Positions 36,384-48,367 of a stretch of 64,000 nucleotides of DNA are shown piece by piece (the stretch's first letter is position 1; each line of letters begins with the position of its first letter). Below the pieces are notes generated by a model, which saw only the letters and a program-made list of their open reading frames with translations, was not told where the DNA came from and did no database searches. Source of the DNA: an uncultured delta proteobacterium. GTDB taxonomy: Bacteria > Myxococcota_A > Polyangia > Fen-1088. Made by a program: the position numbers and the translations under genes. Where the stretch lies: NCBI GenBank assembly GCA_963796685.1, contig CAWCMR010000013.1, positions 384,001 through 448,000 of the forward strand, written 5' to 3'.

Positions 36384-38038
36384 GGCTCGACCCACACGGA
36401 GCGCAAGTCGAGCCGATCCCCGACGGCGGCCAGTCCGTGCACGCGCCTGGCCACCAGGGTGGCCACGTCGTGCCGGTACAAGAACAGAGCCGGCCGATCG
36501 GTAGCAAGAATGTCGGCGAGTTGCTGCAGAAGAGGCGCCCGCGCGGCCGGCGATGGCGCCGCCCGGATGCGCTCGATCGCCGCCACGAACTTTTCGGACC
36601 TGTAGCCCGTGTACTGGAAGTCGCCTTGACTCCCGAGCAGGAGGCGCGGATCTTCGTCTTTGCGACCGTCCCAGGTCAGGCCGCACAGATCGTAGTCGCC
36701 ACGCTCCACCCGCGAAAACAGCGTCGAGCCATCCAGATTGTTGGTGTCGAGGAGGATCCCGACGCGGCGCAAATTCATGGCGAAGGCTCGAACCTCGGCG
36801 GACAGGGTGTGCGAGCCGGCCGGTACCAGGAAGGTAAGTCGAATGGGGATGCCCCCGACCTCGCGGACACCGTCGCCGTCGGTGTCCGTGAATCCAGCCT
36901 CTTCCATGAGGCGCCGCGCGAGTGGCAGATCGAATTTGTCCGCTGGCGCCGAACCGAAGGTGGGCGCGCCGATGGGCCGGACCAGACCGTGGTGAAGCTC
37001 GGACGCGAATCGCGCCCGATCCCACAGCAGGCTCAAGGCGTGGCGAAACGCGGGATCCGCCAGCGCGCCCCGACGCGTGTTCAAGGCGACGAAGGAATAG
37101 CGATGCGGCTGAAGTAGATAGAGATCCAGGGAGTCGCGCAAGGTGGCCGGGGAAACCTGCTCGGGAAAGTGGATCTCCGACACGCGTGGCAGGATGTCGA
37201 TGTCGCCCCTGCGCGCACGGGTCAACGCGCGCGCGGGGTCGACGTCGATCTCGAAGTCGATGCCGTCCAGCATGGGACCGTCAGGTGAGGATTGTAGGCG
37301 CGCCCTGACCAGTTTGATGCGCTTGCCGCGTTCCCAGGCCGCGACGCGGAAGGGACCGGTACCCATGGGTGATCGCCCGAGTTGGGTCAGGCTGGCACCC
37401 CCGGTGCGCAAGGGCTCGGCGGGCAGAATGGGGATCTCGCACAGCGCGCGCAGGGTGAGGTCCGACGGCCGCATGAGGCGGAGGCGAACCATTCGATCCG
37501 GTAGGACATCCACACCTTCCAAATCCGCGATCATGGTGTGCAGCAGCGCCGAACGATTCGGCGACCGCATCAAGTGCTCCAGGGTGGCCTGTACATCCGG
37601 ACCGGAAAAGACCTTGTCGTCCTGCCAACGCGTCCCTGCCTTGAGATGCATGGTTATGCGCAAACCGTCGCTGGACACATCCCAGGTGTCGGCCAGGCCC
37701 GGCCGGTAGCCGTCGCCGACGCAGTCGATCAGGGTCTCGTAGACCAGCCCACGCACGACGCGGTCGATCACCTGAACGGTGTCGAGCAAAGGATTGAGAT
37801 GCGGGGGCTCGGCCTCCAGATGAACCTTCAGAACCCCGCCGCGTCGGGCGAGCTTTTCCGGTGAAGGCGCGATCTCGGGCAGCGATTTCATGACCGGGGT
37901 TGGCAGCGTCTCGGTGTGTGCCGGCTGTGCGGCGATCCCGCGCACCGGGGGTGCTCCGGCGCGCTTCGTGGTCCTTTCTCGTCCCTTGCGGTTGCAGGCG
38001 AGCCCCACGGCCAGGATTGCAAAGAGACAGAACCCCAC
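36380..38038 (-). CDS. Family 5 (peptide) ABC transporter substrate-binding lipoprotein
   Basis: EPPHLNP; LVYETL; PGLADTWDVSSDG; PMGTGPF; AGFTDTDGDG; start inferred. Confidence 0.88.
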   Translation of the reverse strand: MGFCLFAILAVGLACNRKGRERTTKRAGAPPVRGIAAQPAHTETLPTPVMKSLPEIAPSPEKLARRGGVLKVHLEAEPPHLNPLLDTVQVIDRVVRGLVYETLIDCVGDGYRPGLADTWDVSSDGLRITMHLKAGTRWQDDKVFSGPDVQATLEHLMRSPNRSALLHTMIADLEGVDVLPDRMVRLRLMRPSDLTLRALCEIPILPAEPLRTGGASLTQLGRSPMGTGPFRVAAWERGKRIKLVRARLQSSPDGPMLDGIDFEIDVDPARALTRARRGDIDILPRVSEIHFPEQVSPATLRDSLDLYLLQPHRYSFVALNTRRGALADPAFRHALSLLWDRARFASELHHGLVRPIGAPTFGSAPADKFDLPLARRLMEEAGFTDTDGDGVREVGGIPIRLTFLVPAGSHTLSAEVRAFAMNLRRVGILLDTNNLDGSTLFSRVERGDYDLCGLTWDGRKDEDPRLLLGSQGDFQYTGYRSEKFVAAIERIRAAPSPAARAPLLQQLADILATDRPALFLYRHDVATLVARRVHGLAAVGDRLDLRSVWVEP

Positions 38039-38135
38039 GCGCAGGGCTTGTCGGCCGGAATTGAGCGTGTTATTGAGTGACAAGAGATGCGGGCCGCATG
38101 GTCGTCGTCCGCCATTCTTGGAAGAGGGGAAACAC

Positions 38136-38909
38136 ATGATCCGAATCTGTCTGCTCACGGTGTTCGCGCTGGCTTCCCTGCTGCCGGTGAGAGTATTCGC
38201 GCAGGGTCAGGAAGTCACCCCGATAAAAGTGAATCTTCCGCCCTCGCCTAGCTTCGCTGCCTCGAACATACCCACCCAGTATCCGACGGGCGAGCTGTCC
38301 GTGCTGGGCCTGCGTAAGAACAAAGACAAGTACATGGACAAGGACGTGCGGGTCAAAGCCTACCTGACCGAGATCTACGAATGTCCACCCGAGTTGCGCA
38401 AGTGCAATGACGAGCTGTCGGAAAAAACCAAGAAGGAAAAGAAGAAGGCGATGAAGAAGGGCGGCGATGCCCTGACCCAGAACGTCCAGGTCGATCGCGG
38501 CGGTTGCCGTCCGTGCGACCAGCCCCACTTCTTCATGGCCGATACGCCCAACGCCAAGAAGGAACGCTCGCTGCTCATCGCCGATTATCCCGTCAAGGAC
38601 TGGGACACCGGGGATCCCAAGCCGCTCGAAGCCAAGGTCGGCGAACAGTACATCGTGACCGGCACCTTCTCCATCAACTCGATGACCGGCTTCGCGGCCT
38701 CGAACGGCCTCATCATCCACAAGAAGCTCGAAGACCTCTCGGGCAAGGTGTTGGCCGAAGGCAATGCGGTTCTTCCCCCCGAGGCGCAGACCATCAAGCT
38801 GGAGGGGCAAGCCCCGCAGCAGGTGGGATGGGCCGCACACCAGAAGGATGGCTTGGTCGCCGGCAAGAAGAAGGGCGACAAAGGCGTCCCCGGCGGCGCT
38901 CGGAAATAA
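38136..38909 (+). CDS. Hypothetical secreted protein with Cys pairs
   Basis: Signal peptide; YECPP..C and CRPCDQPHFF; GAGGGG RBS. Confidence 0.75.
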   Translation: MIRICLLTVFALASLLPVRVFAQGQEVTPIKVNLPPSPSFAASNIPTQYPTGELSVLGLRKNKDKYMDKDVRVKAYLTEIYECPPELRKCNDELSEKTKKEKKKAMKKGGDALTQNVQVDRGGCRPCDQPHFFMADTPNAKKERSLLIADYPVKDWDTGDPKPLEAKVGEQYIVTGTFSINSMTGFAASNGLIIHKKLEDLSGKVLAEGNAVLPPEAQTIKLEGQAPQQVGWAAHQKDGLVAGKKKGDKGVPGGARK

Positions 38910-38916
38910 GCCTTTC

Positions 38917-41641
38917 CTAGTGGGCGTCGCCCCAAGACGGCCCGGCGTGGACATCCACGACCAGCGGCACCCGTAGCTCGTAGGCCGACTCCATCTCGTG
39001 TTTGACCCAGGGATTGAATTCGTCGAGGTTCGACTCGGGCACCTCGAACACCAACTCGTCGTGCACCGTGAGTAGCAACCTGACGTCGGGAAAATGGGAC
39101 AGGCCGCGGGCTACACGCAGCATGGCCAACTTGAGGATGTCGGCCGCCGAGCCTTGAATCGGCGTGTTGCGCGCGATGCGCTCGGCGTAATTGCGCTCCT
39201 GCGGCCGCTTGGAGCCGATTTCCGGCAAGGCTCGGGTGCGCCCGAGCAGCGTAGACACGGACTGGGTCCGCCGAGCGTCGGCGATCATGGCCTCCATGTG
39301 CTCGCGCACACGGGAGTAGCGCTTGAAGTAGCTGTCGATGTACTTGTGCGCCTCGGCGCGTGGGATGTGAAGGACCTGGGCCAGCCCGAAGTCGCCTTGC
39401 CCGAACACCAATCCGAAGTTGATGGCCTTCGCGATCCGCCGCTGCTCGTCGGTGACCGCCCCTTCGGGGATGCCGAACACCTCGGCGGCGGTTCGTCGGT
39501 GAATGTCCACTCCGGCTCGGAAGGCGTCGAGGAAGGCCGGATCCTGCGAAAAGTGCGCGAGCACGCGCAGCTCGATTTGCGAGTAGTCCGCCGAGACCAT
39601 CTGAAAACCTGGATCGGCGACGAAGGCGTGGCGGATCTTCCTGCCGATCTCCGAGCGAATGGGGATGTTTTGCAGATTGGGCCCGCTCGACGAGATGCGC
39701 CCCGTGGCCGCGACAGCTTGATCGAAGTTGGTGTGCAATCGGCCGGTGCGGGGATTGACCAGCGCCGGCAACGCGTCGATGTAGGTTCCCTTCAGCTTGG
39801 TCAGCATCCTGTATTCGAGGATCTTGGCCGGCAACGGGTGCATGGCTGCCAGCGCTTCCAGCACGTCGGCGTCGGTGGACGCGCCGGTCTTGGTCTTCTT
39901 GATGACAGGCAACCCCAATTTTACGAAGAGGATCTCGGCCAGTTGCTTGGGCGAGGCGATGTTGAAGTCATAGCCAGCCAGCGCGTGGATCTCGATCTCG
40001 ATGGCACGGGCGCTCGTGGCCACCTCGTTGCCCAGGTTGTTCAGGTAGCCGGTGTCGAGGCGGATACCCCAACATTCCATGCTCGCAAGCACGGGCACGA
40101 GCGCCAGCTCCACGTCGCGGTAGAGGCTTTCCTGGTTCGAGGTCGAAAGCCTCTCGTGCTGTTTGCGCGCCAGGGCCAAGATGGCCCAGGCCTCGGTGGT
40201 CAGGTGAGCCGCAACCTCGTCGACCGGCAGCCTCGCTGCGTCCGTGCCCCCGCGTCCGGTGCCGGGCCACGCGGTGCGCGGAATGACACCCTCGATTTGC
40301 GCCTTGGCCGCGAGCACCGAAAGCTCGTAGTCCGCACTCGCGCCATCGAGCACGTAACCGGCGAGCATGGTATCGCTGGCGACCCCAGCCAGTTTCGCGC
40401 CCCGCACGCGCAGAAGATCCTCCATCACCTTGGCGTCGTGAAGGTGTTTGGCGACCGTCTGCGAGGCCAGGATGTCGGCGAGCCCGGACACGACCTCGGC
40501 CTCGGCCAGGCTTCGCGTGGCCCCGAGGACCTGTTGTTTCACCGGCACGCAGGCCCGAAGCCCGCCTGGCAGCGCAAACGCCACAGCGACAATCCCCGCC
40601 TTCACCGGTGCCCCACCGTCGCACAGCACGGCGATGGCGCATTCCTCGGCGGCGCGGATCTCGGAAACGATCTCCGCCAGCGCCGGAGCATCGGTCACCA
40701 CGCGGGCTTGGCCGATGGTCGAGGGTACCCCCGAGCCAACCGCTGCTGACGTCGGGATCGGTCCCGCATCCGGAGGTGCGCTCGACGCATCCTCCTGCCC
40801 GTACTGGGCCAGCAGGCGTCCGAATTCGAGTCGGCTGAAGAGGGCACGCAGCTTCTCGGTCGACGCGGGCACGCGATGCAGATCGTTCACGGTCAGGGGA
40901 AGCTCCACGTCGTCGCGCAGCCTGACCAACTCGCGCGACAGGGCCAGTTTGGGGCGTGCTTCGGCGATGGACTGGCCCTTCTTGCCCTTGATCTTATCGA
41001 CATTTGCCAGCACCCCGTCGAGCGACCCATAGGTGGCAACGAGCTCCGCCGCGGTCTTGGGTCCCACGCCAGGAACCCCGGGCACGTTGTCGACCGTGTC
41101 ACCCATGAGAGCGAGGACGTCGCCGAGCTTGTCGGGCGCAACGCCCCACTTCTCCTTCACTTCGGCCGGCCCCACCAGCCGATTCTTCACGGCGTCGAGG
41201 AGCTTCACGTCCTCGGTGCAGAGTTGCATGAGAATCCTTGTCGGACGACCCGATGACGACCGAAAAATCCTCGGTCTTGGCCTTGCGAACCAACGTGGCG
41301 ATGACGTCATCGGCTTCGACCCCGGCGAGCGAGAGCACCCGGTACCCGAAGGCGTCGGCGACCTGGTGGGCCAGAGCGATTTGGGCGATGAGCTCAGGCG
41401 GGGTGGGCAAGCGATTGGCCTTGTACTCCTTGTAGAGCTCGTCGCGGAAGGTCGGCCCTGGTGCATCGAAGACCACGCACAAGTGCGAGGGTTGATGCTC
41501 ACGCTCGATGCGCAGGAGCATCTGGCAAAATCCGTACACCGCCCCCGTGGGCTGCCCGGCTTTCGTGGTCAGGGAAGGCAGGGCATGAAAGGCCCGAAAG
41601 AGGTAGTTCAGGGCATCGACGATGAATAGGGTGCCGCTCAT
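38917..41641 (-). CDS. polA: DNA polymerase I, split by one extra base near 41233
   Basis: 5'-3' exonuclease IVDALNYLFRAFHA, EADDVIA; polymerase TGRISSSGPNLQNIP, DYSQIELR, KAINFG, VHDEL; SSDKD-LMQL is restored by deleting one base. Confidence 0.95.
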
Positions 41642-41680
41642 GATGACGAGACCTACCCTACCCTACGAATGGGGGGCCGC

Positions 41681-43507
41681 CTACCTGCCGTAGAGGCCGG
41701 CGATGGTCGACGCGAATTTGCTGGCCACCACATCGCGTTTGACTTTGAGGCTGGGGGTCAGCTCGCCAGTCGCCTCGCTGAAATCCGAGGGAAGAATGGC
41801 AAAGCCCTTCACGGTTTCGTAGCTGGCCAGGGTAGCGTTCACCTCCGCCACGGCCTTCTCGATGGCCGCGCGCAGCTCGGGCGAAGCAGCGGCCCTGGCG
41901 ATGTCGCCGTCCCCGAACTGGCGAGCCGCGGGCTCGGAGGGGGTGATCAGGGCCACACAGTACGATCGCCTGTCTCCAAACACCACGACCTGGCTGACCA
42001 GCGGCGAGTGCGCCTTGAGGGCGTTCTCCAGCTTTTGCGGCGCCACGTTCTTACCGCCGGCAGTGATGATGATGTCCTTCTTCCGGTCGATGATACGCAA
42101 GAACCCGTCCTCGGACGCACCGATGTCGCCTGTCCGAAACCAACCCTCGGCATCGAACGCTTCGGCGGTCGCCTCGGGACAGCCGTGGTACGAAGCGAAG
42201 ATCGATGGCCCGCGTAGCAGGATCTCCCCGTCCGCGGCCAACTTGAAGTCCATGATGTCGATGGGGGGGCCGACGGTGCCGAAACGGAAGTTGTTCCAGC
42301 GGTTGACGAAGGCCGCGGCCGTGGACTCGGTGAGCCCGTAGCCTTCGAGAATCAGCAGCCCGGTGCCATGGAAGAATTCGGCGATCTCGCTGGAGAGCGG
42401 CGCGCCACCAGAAATCAGGAAACGGCAGCGGTCGAGCCCCAGCCGCTTGCGCAGCTTGGCGAGCACCCATCGGTTCGCGCAGGCGTAGGCCAGACGCAGT
42501 CCGAGCGTGGCGGTCTTCTTTTCGCGGACCATGGCCGAGTAGCGAGCGGCCACGCCGAACGCCCACTGCACCAGTCCTCGCTTGGCTCTGCCGCCCTTCC
42601 CGACGCCCGCTTGGACCGCGGCATGGAGCTTCTCGAAAATGCGCGGCACGCCGGCCATGAAGGTGGGGCGAACCTCGGCGAGATCGTACTTGATGCGCGC
42701 CATGCTCTCGGCGAAGGCGACTTCGGAGCCCACGATGATGGGGGCCCATTCGATTTCGCGCCCGAGGACGTGCGCCAGGGGCAAAAAGAGGTATTGGACA
42801 TCGTCAGGCCTGAGATCGAAGGCGCGAACCGCGCTCTCGCATGAGGCGACGAGATTGGCGTGGGTCAGCACCACGCCCTTGGGCTGCCCCGTCGTGCCGG
42901 AGGTGTAGATGATGGTGAAGGTACCGCTGGGCTTGACTGCATTGGCTCGCTTGTCGAGCTCGCCGACGTGGGTGGCCATCCACGCCGAGCCGGCTTGGCG
43001 AAGTTGCGCAAGGGAAAGCACCCCTGCTCGGTCGCCGTCGAGGGTGTCCGCCCCCGGCGCGGCCGCCGCGTTCTCTACCCGAACCACACGCAAGGGTGCG
43101 CGCAAGGCGGCCAGCTTGGCTACCTGCTCATCGTCCTCGACGATGACCGCGCGAGCGCCGCTGTCGCCCAGGATGAATGCACACTGCGCGGCCGTCGAGG
43201 AGGGATAGATGGGAACCGAAATCAGTCCAGCCATCGCGATCGCCACGTCGCAGAGCAGCCATTCGAGCCTGCTTTGGCAGAGAATCGCCACCCGATCGCC
43301 GCAGTCGAGGCCCAGCGCAAGCAGTCCCGACGCGATCTCGCGGGCGACCTGGTCGGCCTCCCGCCAGGTCTGACTTTGCCAGGCGTCCTTCCTGCGGTAG
43401 CGAAACGCCGGGCGATCTGCGAATTCGCGCACCCGGTTTTGCCAGATATCGTTCGCGCTGCGAGTTGTGGAAACGGAAATGCAGCTTTCGCGCGTCGGCG
43501 CCGACAT
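41681..43507 (-). CDS. Long-chain fatty-acid-CoA ligase
   Basis: IIYTSGTTGQPKG; EGYGLTE; WFRTGDIG; IIDRKKD. Confidence 0.93.
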   Translation of the reverse strand: MSAPTRESCISVSTTRSANDIWQNRVREFADRPAFRYRRKDAWQSQTWREADQVAREIASGLLALGLDCGDRVAILCQSRLEWLLCDVAIAMAGLISVPIYPSSTAAQCAFILGDSGARAVIVEDDEQVAKLAALRAPLRVVRVENAAAAPGADTLDGDRAGVLSLAQLRQAGSAWMATHVGELDKRANAVKPSGTFTIIYTSGTTGQPKGVVLTHANLVASCESAVRAFDLRPDDVQYLFLPLAHVLGREIEWAPIIVGSEVAFAESMARIKYDLAEVRPTFMAGVPRIFEKLHAAVQAGVGKGGRAKRGLVQWAFGVAARYSAMVREKKTATLGLRLAYACANRWVLAKLRKRLGLDRCRFLISGGAPLSSEIAEFFHGTGLLILEGYGLTESTAAAFVNRWNNFRFGTVGPPIDIMDFKLAADGEILLRGPSIFASYHGCPEATAEAFDAEGWFRTGDIGASEDGFLRIIDRKKDIIITAGGKNVAPQKLENALKAHSPLVSQVVVFGDRRSYCVALITPSEPAARQFGDGDIARAAASPELRAAIEKAVAEVNATLASYETVKGFAILPSDFSEATGELTPSLKVKRDVVASKFASTIAGLYGR

Positions 43508-43719
43508 GGAACCCACATAGTGATCGCCGCACAGGCGCAGATCAAGGCCGTGTGACGGCGCTGACTCACGCGCGCGTTGGTCCGCAACGGCAAGAGTCAA
43601 TGGATCTGCCCCATCGCATGCGCGCAAGGCGTCTTGGGTTGTATCTCAAGAGTTACTCCCGTAGTATCCGGGCCGTAGCTTGGGATTTCGGTTCTTCCGC
43701 GCCAGGGACTTCAGGGACG

Positions 43720-45610
43720 ATGCTTTCGAAACCCTTGCCAGCACGTTATCGCATCATTGAGGAGGTCGGCCAAGGAGGCATGGCCGTGGTTTACCGTGCC
43801 CACGACGAGAAGCTGCGGCGTGAAGTGGCGGTCAAGGTCCTGCACTCCCACCTCCTCGCGGAACCCGAGTCCAGGGCCCGGCTGGAGCGCGAGGCGCGCG
43901 CCGTCGCCAAGCTGAACCACGATGGCATCCTCCAGATTTTCGACTACTCGGGCGAAGAAGCGGCGTCGTCGTACATCGTCACCGAGTTCATCGATGGGCA
44001 GACGCTCAAACAGTTTCTGACCAACCGAAAGCTACCCGTGCCCGAGCTCGCCGCTCTCATCGTAATGGAGCTCGGCGAGGCGCTCGGCCATGCCCATTCG
44101 CTGGGAATCATCCATCGCGACCTCAAGCCCGAAAACGTCATGGTTCGCAAGGACGGCGTGCTCAAGTTGATGGACTTCGGGGTCGCCCAGGTCGTGGATC
44201 TCGAACGCATGACGGTGACCGGGCAGATCCTCGGCTCGCCCGCCTACATGGCGCCCGAGGTTCTCGACGGCCGCACCCTGGATTTCCGCAGCGACATCTT
44301 CTCCGTCGGCGTGATGCTGTACCAGATGGCCACGGGCGCCCTGCCCTTCCCGGGCAAGAACCCGCACGAAGTCCTGCGCAAGGTGTCCGAGGGCAAATTC
44401 GCCGATCCGCGCACCGTCAACCGGCTGGTCTCCGATCAGCTGGCCCGCGTGATCGCCAAGGCGCTGGCGCGCAAACCCGAAGATCGCTACGCAACCATCC
44501 AGGACATGGTGGACGAGCTACGCGCCTATGCGGCAGACGCCGGACTCGGCACTGCCAAAGACGAGCTGCGAACCTATCTGACCGAACCTGACGAATACGA
44601 AAAGACCATCGTCCCGCGCATGGTCTCGTCACTGGTCGAATCCGGCCTGCGCGAACAAGTGGCGCGGCACCGCGCACGCGCCCTCGAGCTTTGGAATCGC
44701 GCCCTCGCCTTCGAACCGGACAATCAGGCCGTGCTGACCGAGCTGCAACGTCTGGAACGTGGCGAGCGGCTGCGGCGCTGGGTCATCGGCGGGACCGTGC
44801 TCGGCATCCTGGTCGCCATGGCGACGGGTGCCTTGTTCCTCGCGCGCAAGGCCCTGGGCGAAAAGAAGCCCGGCGTCGCGGCGGTGAGCACCACCCTCGC
44901 GCCCAAACCAGGCGGCGCCCATCCCCCGGCGCAGGCTGGCGCCGGCAGCCGGCCCCCCCTTCCAACGAGGGCCTGCAGCCTCGCGCGCCCCAGGCCGCGC
45001 GGCGAGAGAGGCCCACCACCACGAGATCGTACTCGCCGAAAGGGCTCTCGCGCGCGAGGAGGAGGCGACCAGGAACGACGAGCCCATGGCCAAGCCGGGC
45101 GATGGCGACAGCCCGCAGATTCCGAGCATCACCTTGACTCTGGGCTTCACCCCGGCCCGGGTCGAAGTGTGGATGGACGGCAAGAAGGCCTTCGACTACG
45201 GGCCCGAGCGGAACCGCATCGAGATTCAGTGGGACAGGCCGCACAGGCTGGAATTCCGCAACGATAGTTGCTGCAATCGGAAAGAGGTGGTGGTCGGCCC
45301 ACAGCTCTTCCGGCCCCCTGGCGATCACTTGTTCGTCAATCTCGACCCGAAGCCCGCCCGTCTGGCTGTGACTCTCGATCCGCCCGTGCCCGGCGCCACT
45401 TTGCTCATTCGCGAGGTCAACGAGAACAAGGCCAACCCCTGGCGCGCACGCGCCCTACCCGGCGAGAAATTCCCAGTACCCTTTGACGCGGGCGATGAGA
45501 TGCGCAAGAGTCTGGAGGTGGTGGTATTCAAGGGCGACAAGACGACGATCAAACAGGTGACGATCACCGCGGGAGAAACTCGTCCAGTCACGATTCATGT
45601 GGACGAGTAG
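43720..45610 (+). CDS. Membrane Ser/Thr protein kinase, frameshifted near the C-run at ~44955
   Basis: VGQGGMAVVY; HRDLKPEN; DFG; APE; removing one C joins the 45086-45610 ORF. Confidence 0.9.
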
Positions 45611-45612
45611 CC

Positions 45613-46521
45613 TTGGGCGCCAGCTTCCTTCTTGTGGCACTTCTTTTCCAGGCGACACCGACGGCGCCCAACGAGGATTTGCAGCGAGGCAAGAATGCCT
45701 ATGACCGGGGCGAATTCGCTCGCGCGGTCGAAATCGTGCGCCCCCTGCTCTACCCGGAAATGCGCCTGCAAACCGAAGGACAAATCGTCCAAGCCCATCG
45801 GATCCTCGGGGTGTCGTACCTTTTCGAAAGACAGCAGGCCGACGCCGAACGCGAATTTCGCAAATTGCTCCAGCTTGTCCCCGACTACCATTTCGATCCG
45901 TTGCTCGATCCGCCCGAAGTGGTCGACTTCTTCAACAACGTGCGCAAGGGCTACGAGGCCGAGCTCGCGGATCTCGAGGCACGGCGCAAGGCCATGGAGC
46001 AAGCTCGCCTGCGCGACAAGGAAGAATGCGAAAAGGCCCGGGCGGGCCCCACGGTGATCGAAAAGCGCGTGGGGCGAAACTCTTTCGTGGTCAACTTCGT
46101 TCCCTTCGGCGCCGGGCAATTCCAGAACGGGCAACGCAAGAAAGGCTGGGCGTTCCTGGTCGGTGAAACCGTTCTGGGAGCCGTTTCGGTCGGGGCGTTT
46201 GCCACCAACTTGGCTGTCTTCGGCTTTCGGCCGCAGCGCTCTTGCCGCTACGACGTCGGCAGCACGGCTTGTCCGGCTGACGCCATCGATCACACCGATG
46301 AAAATCGTTCGCGCTGGCTTACGCGGGTCCAGGTCGCGAGCGGCGCGATGTTTTTCGGCGCCGTGGCCTGGGGTATCCTCGACGCCATCTACTTCTACAA
46401 GCCTGAAACCCAGCTTTCGCTCGCTGATCCGCCCCGTCACCCAACCGCGATCGGAACCTTGCGCCTTGCACCCGCTGTGATGGATCGCGCAATCGGGCCC
46501 GGTCTTTCCTTCCGTTTCTAG
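45613..46521 (+). CDS. TPR-containing membrane or secreted protein
   Basis: RGKNAYDRGEF..AHRILGVSY; FVPFGAGQFQNG; C-terminal Phe. Confidence 0.8.
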   Translation: MGASFLLVALLFQATPTAPNEDLQRGKNAYDRGEFARAVEIVRPLLYPEMRLQTEGQIVQAHRILGVSYLFERQQADAEREFRKLLQLVPDYHFDPLLDPPEVVDFFNNVRKGYEAELADLEARRKAMEQARLRDKEECEKARAGPTVIEKRVGRNSFVVNFVPFGAGQFQNGQRKKGWAFLVGETVLGAVSVGAFATNLAVFGFRPQRSCRYDVGSTACPADAIDHTDENRSRWLTRVQVASGAMFFGAVAWGILDAIYFYKPETQLSLADPPRHPTAIGTLRLAPAVMDRAIGPGLSFRF

Positions 46522-46545
46522 AAAGAACCAGCCAAACTCCCCGCC

Positions 46546-48367
46546 ATGGCGACCCTTCGAATCCACGCGCCCGGTACCGGCGTGAAGGTCTACCACATCT
46601 ACAAGAAGCTCACTTCGCTGGGCAAAGGCGAAGGGGTGGATGTGCTCTTGCAGGATCCGCTCCTCGCCGATACCCACGCGCACATCCATTTCGACGGTCG
46701 CGACTTCAACATTTCGGTGACCGATAGGGACGCGGACCTGCACGTGAACGGCAGGCGTCGCACCAAGCACCGGCTGTCCCAAGACGACCGCATGCGCATC
46801 GGCGGTGTCGAGCTGGAGTTCTCGCTCTACGACGAGCCGGTGACCGACGAGGTGGCGGCCAAGACCATGGCCGAGCTGAACTCGTACAAGCGGCTGTTCG
46901 AGTTCTCGCAGAAGCTGATGAACAACTACGAGATTCCGAGCCTGCTCGATGCGCTGCTCGACGTGGTCATCCAGGTCAGCAACGCCGACAAGGGGTTCAT
47001 CGTGTTGCTCGAATCCGGCGAGCCGGTCGTCAAGGTCGCGCGCAACCTGCGCCGCGAGACCATCTCGGATGCGGTTCGCCACCTGTCCGACTCGATCATC
47101 AAGCGCGTGGTCGAAAGCCGCCAGCCGCTCATCATTTCGGACGCGCTCAACGACAGCAGCTTCAAGAACTCGCTATCGGTGATGAACCTGCGCCTGACCT
47201 CGGTCATGTGCGTGCCCCTCCTCGAGCGCGGAAACCTCATCGGGCTCATCTACGTGGGGAACGACAACGTGGCCCAGCTCTTCGACCAGGCCGCGCTGGA
47301 GATCCTGACCATCTTCGCGGCCCAGGCCTCGCTGGTCATTCGCAATGCACTCCTGGTCAACGAGCTTCAGCTCGACAACCAGTCTCTGCAAGAGCGCATC
47401 GAGCGTATCCGGTTCGGCGAAATCCTGGGCTCTTCGCCCGGGATCCAGGAGGTGTTCCGCAAGGTCCAGCGTGTCGCGGGGACCGACATCACGGTGCTGG
47501 TCACCGGCGAGACCGGTACCGGCAAGGAGCTCATCGCGCGCGAAATCCACAACCGCTCGCTGCGCGCCAAGGGGCCCTTCATCAGCGTGAACTGCGGCGC
47601 GATTCCCGAGAACCTGCTCGAGTCGGAAGCTCTTCGGTCACGTGCGCGGCGCCTTCACGGGCGCGATCGCCAACAAAGCCGGCCGCTTCCAGTCCGCCAA
47701 CAAGGGGACCCTCTTCCTCGACGAGATCGGCGAGATGCCCCACGCGCTGCAAGTCAAGATCCTACGCGCCTTGCAGGAGCACATCGTGACCAAGGTGGGC
47801 GACACCTCGGCCGAATCGGTGGACATCCGGGTCATCGCCGCCACCAACCGCGACCTCGAGGTCGAGACGCGCAACGGCCGATTTCGTGAGGATCTCTACT
47901 ATCGTCTCAACGTGGTCCACCTCCTTCTTCCGCCGCTGCGCGACCGCGGCGACGACATCGTGGTGCTCGCCCGCTACATGTTGGCGCGCTATGCCCCCGA
48001 ATACAGCAGCAAGGTCCGCGGTTTTTCGCCGTCCGCCATCGTGGCCATCAAACGCTACCGCTGGCCAGGAAACATCCGCGAGCTGGAAAACCGCATCAAG
48101 AAGGCCGTCGTGCTGGCCGACAAGACCATGCTTGGGCCGGACGACCTGGGCATCAACCTCGACGAAATCCCGGCCATTTTGCCCTTGGCCGACGCCCGCG
48201 AGCGTTGGCAGCGATCGTACATCAACGAGGTCTTGGGACTGAACGGCGGCAACCGGACCAAGACCGCGCGCGACCTCGGCGTGGATCCGCGCACAATCTT
48301 CAGGCACCTCGAAAAGGAGGAAGGCGGCGAAGGCTCTGATGCTCCGCCGTCCTTGGACGAACCCTGA
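46546..48367 (+). CDS. FHA-GAF-sigma54 enhancer-binding protein, one extra base near 47628
   Basis: GETGTGKE; [13 protein letters not shown]; GAFTGA; FLDEIGE; WPGNIREL; Fis-type HTH. Confidence 0.92.

Noticed and set aside
38917-41641. polA as a pseudogene or programmed frameshift
   Set aside because: All motifs are intact, there is no slippery site at the break, and three other genes show the same single-insertion pattern.
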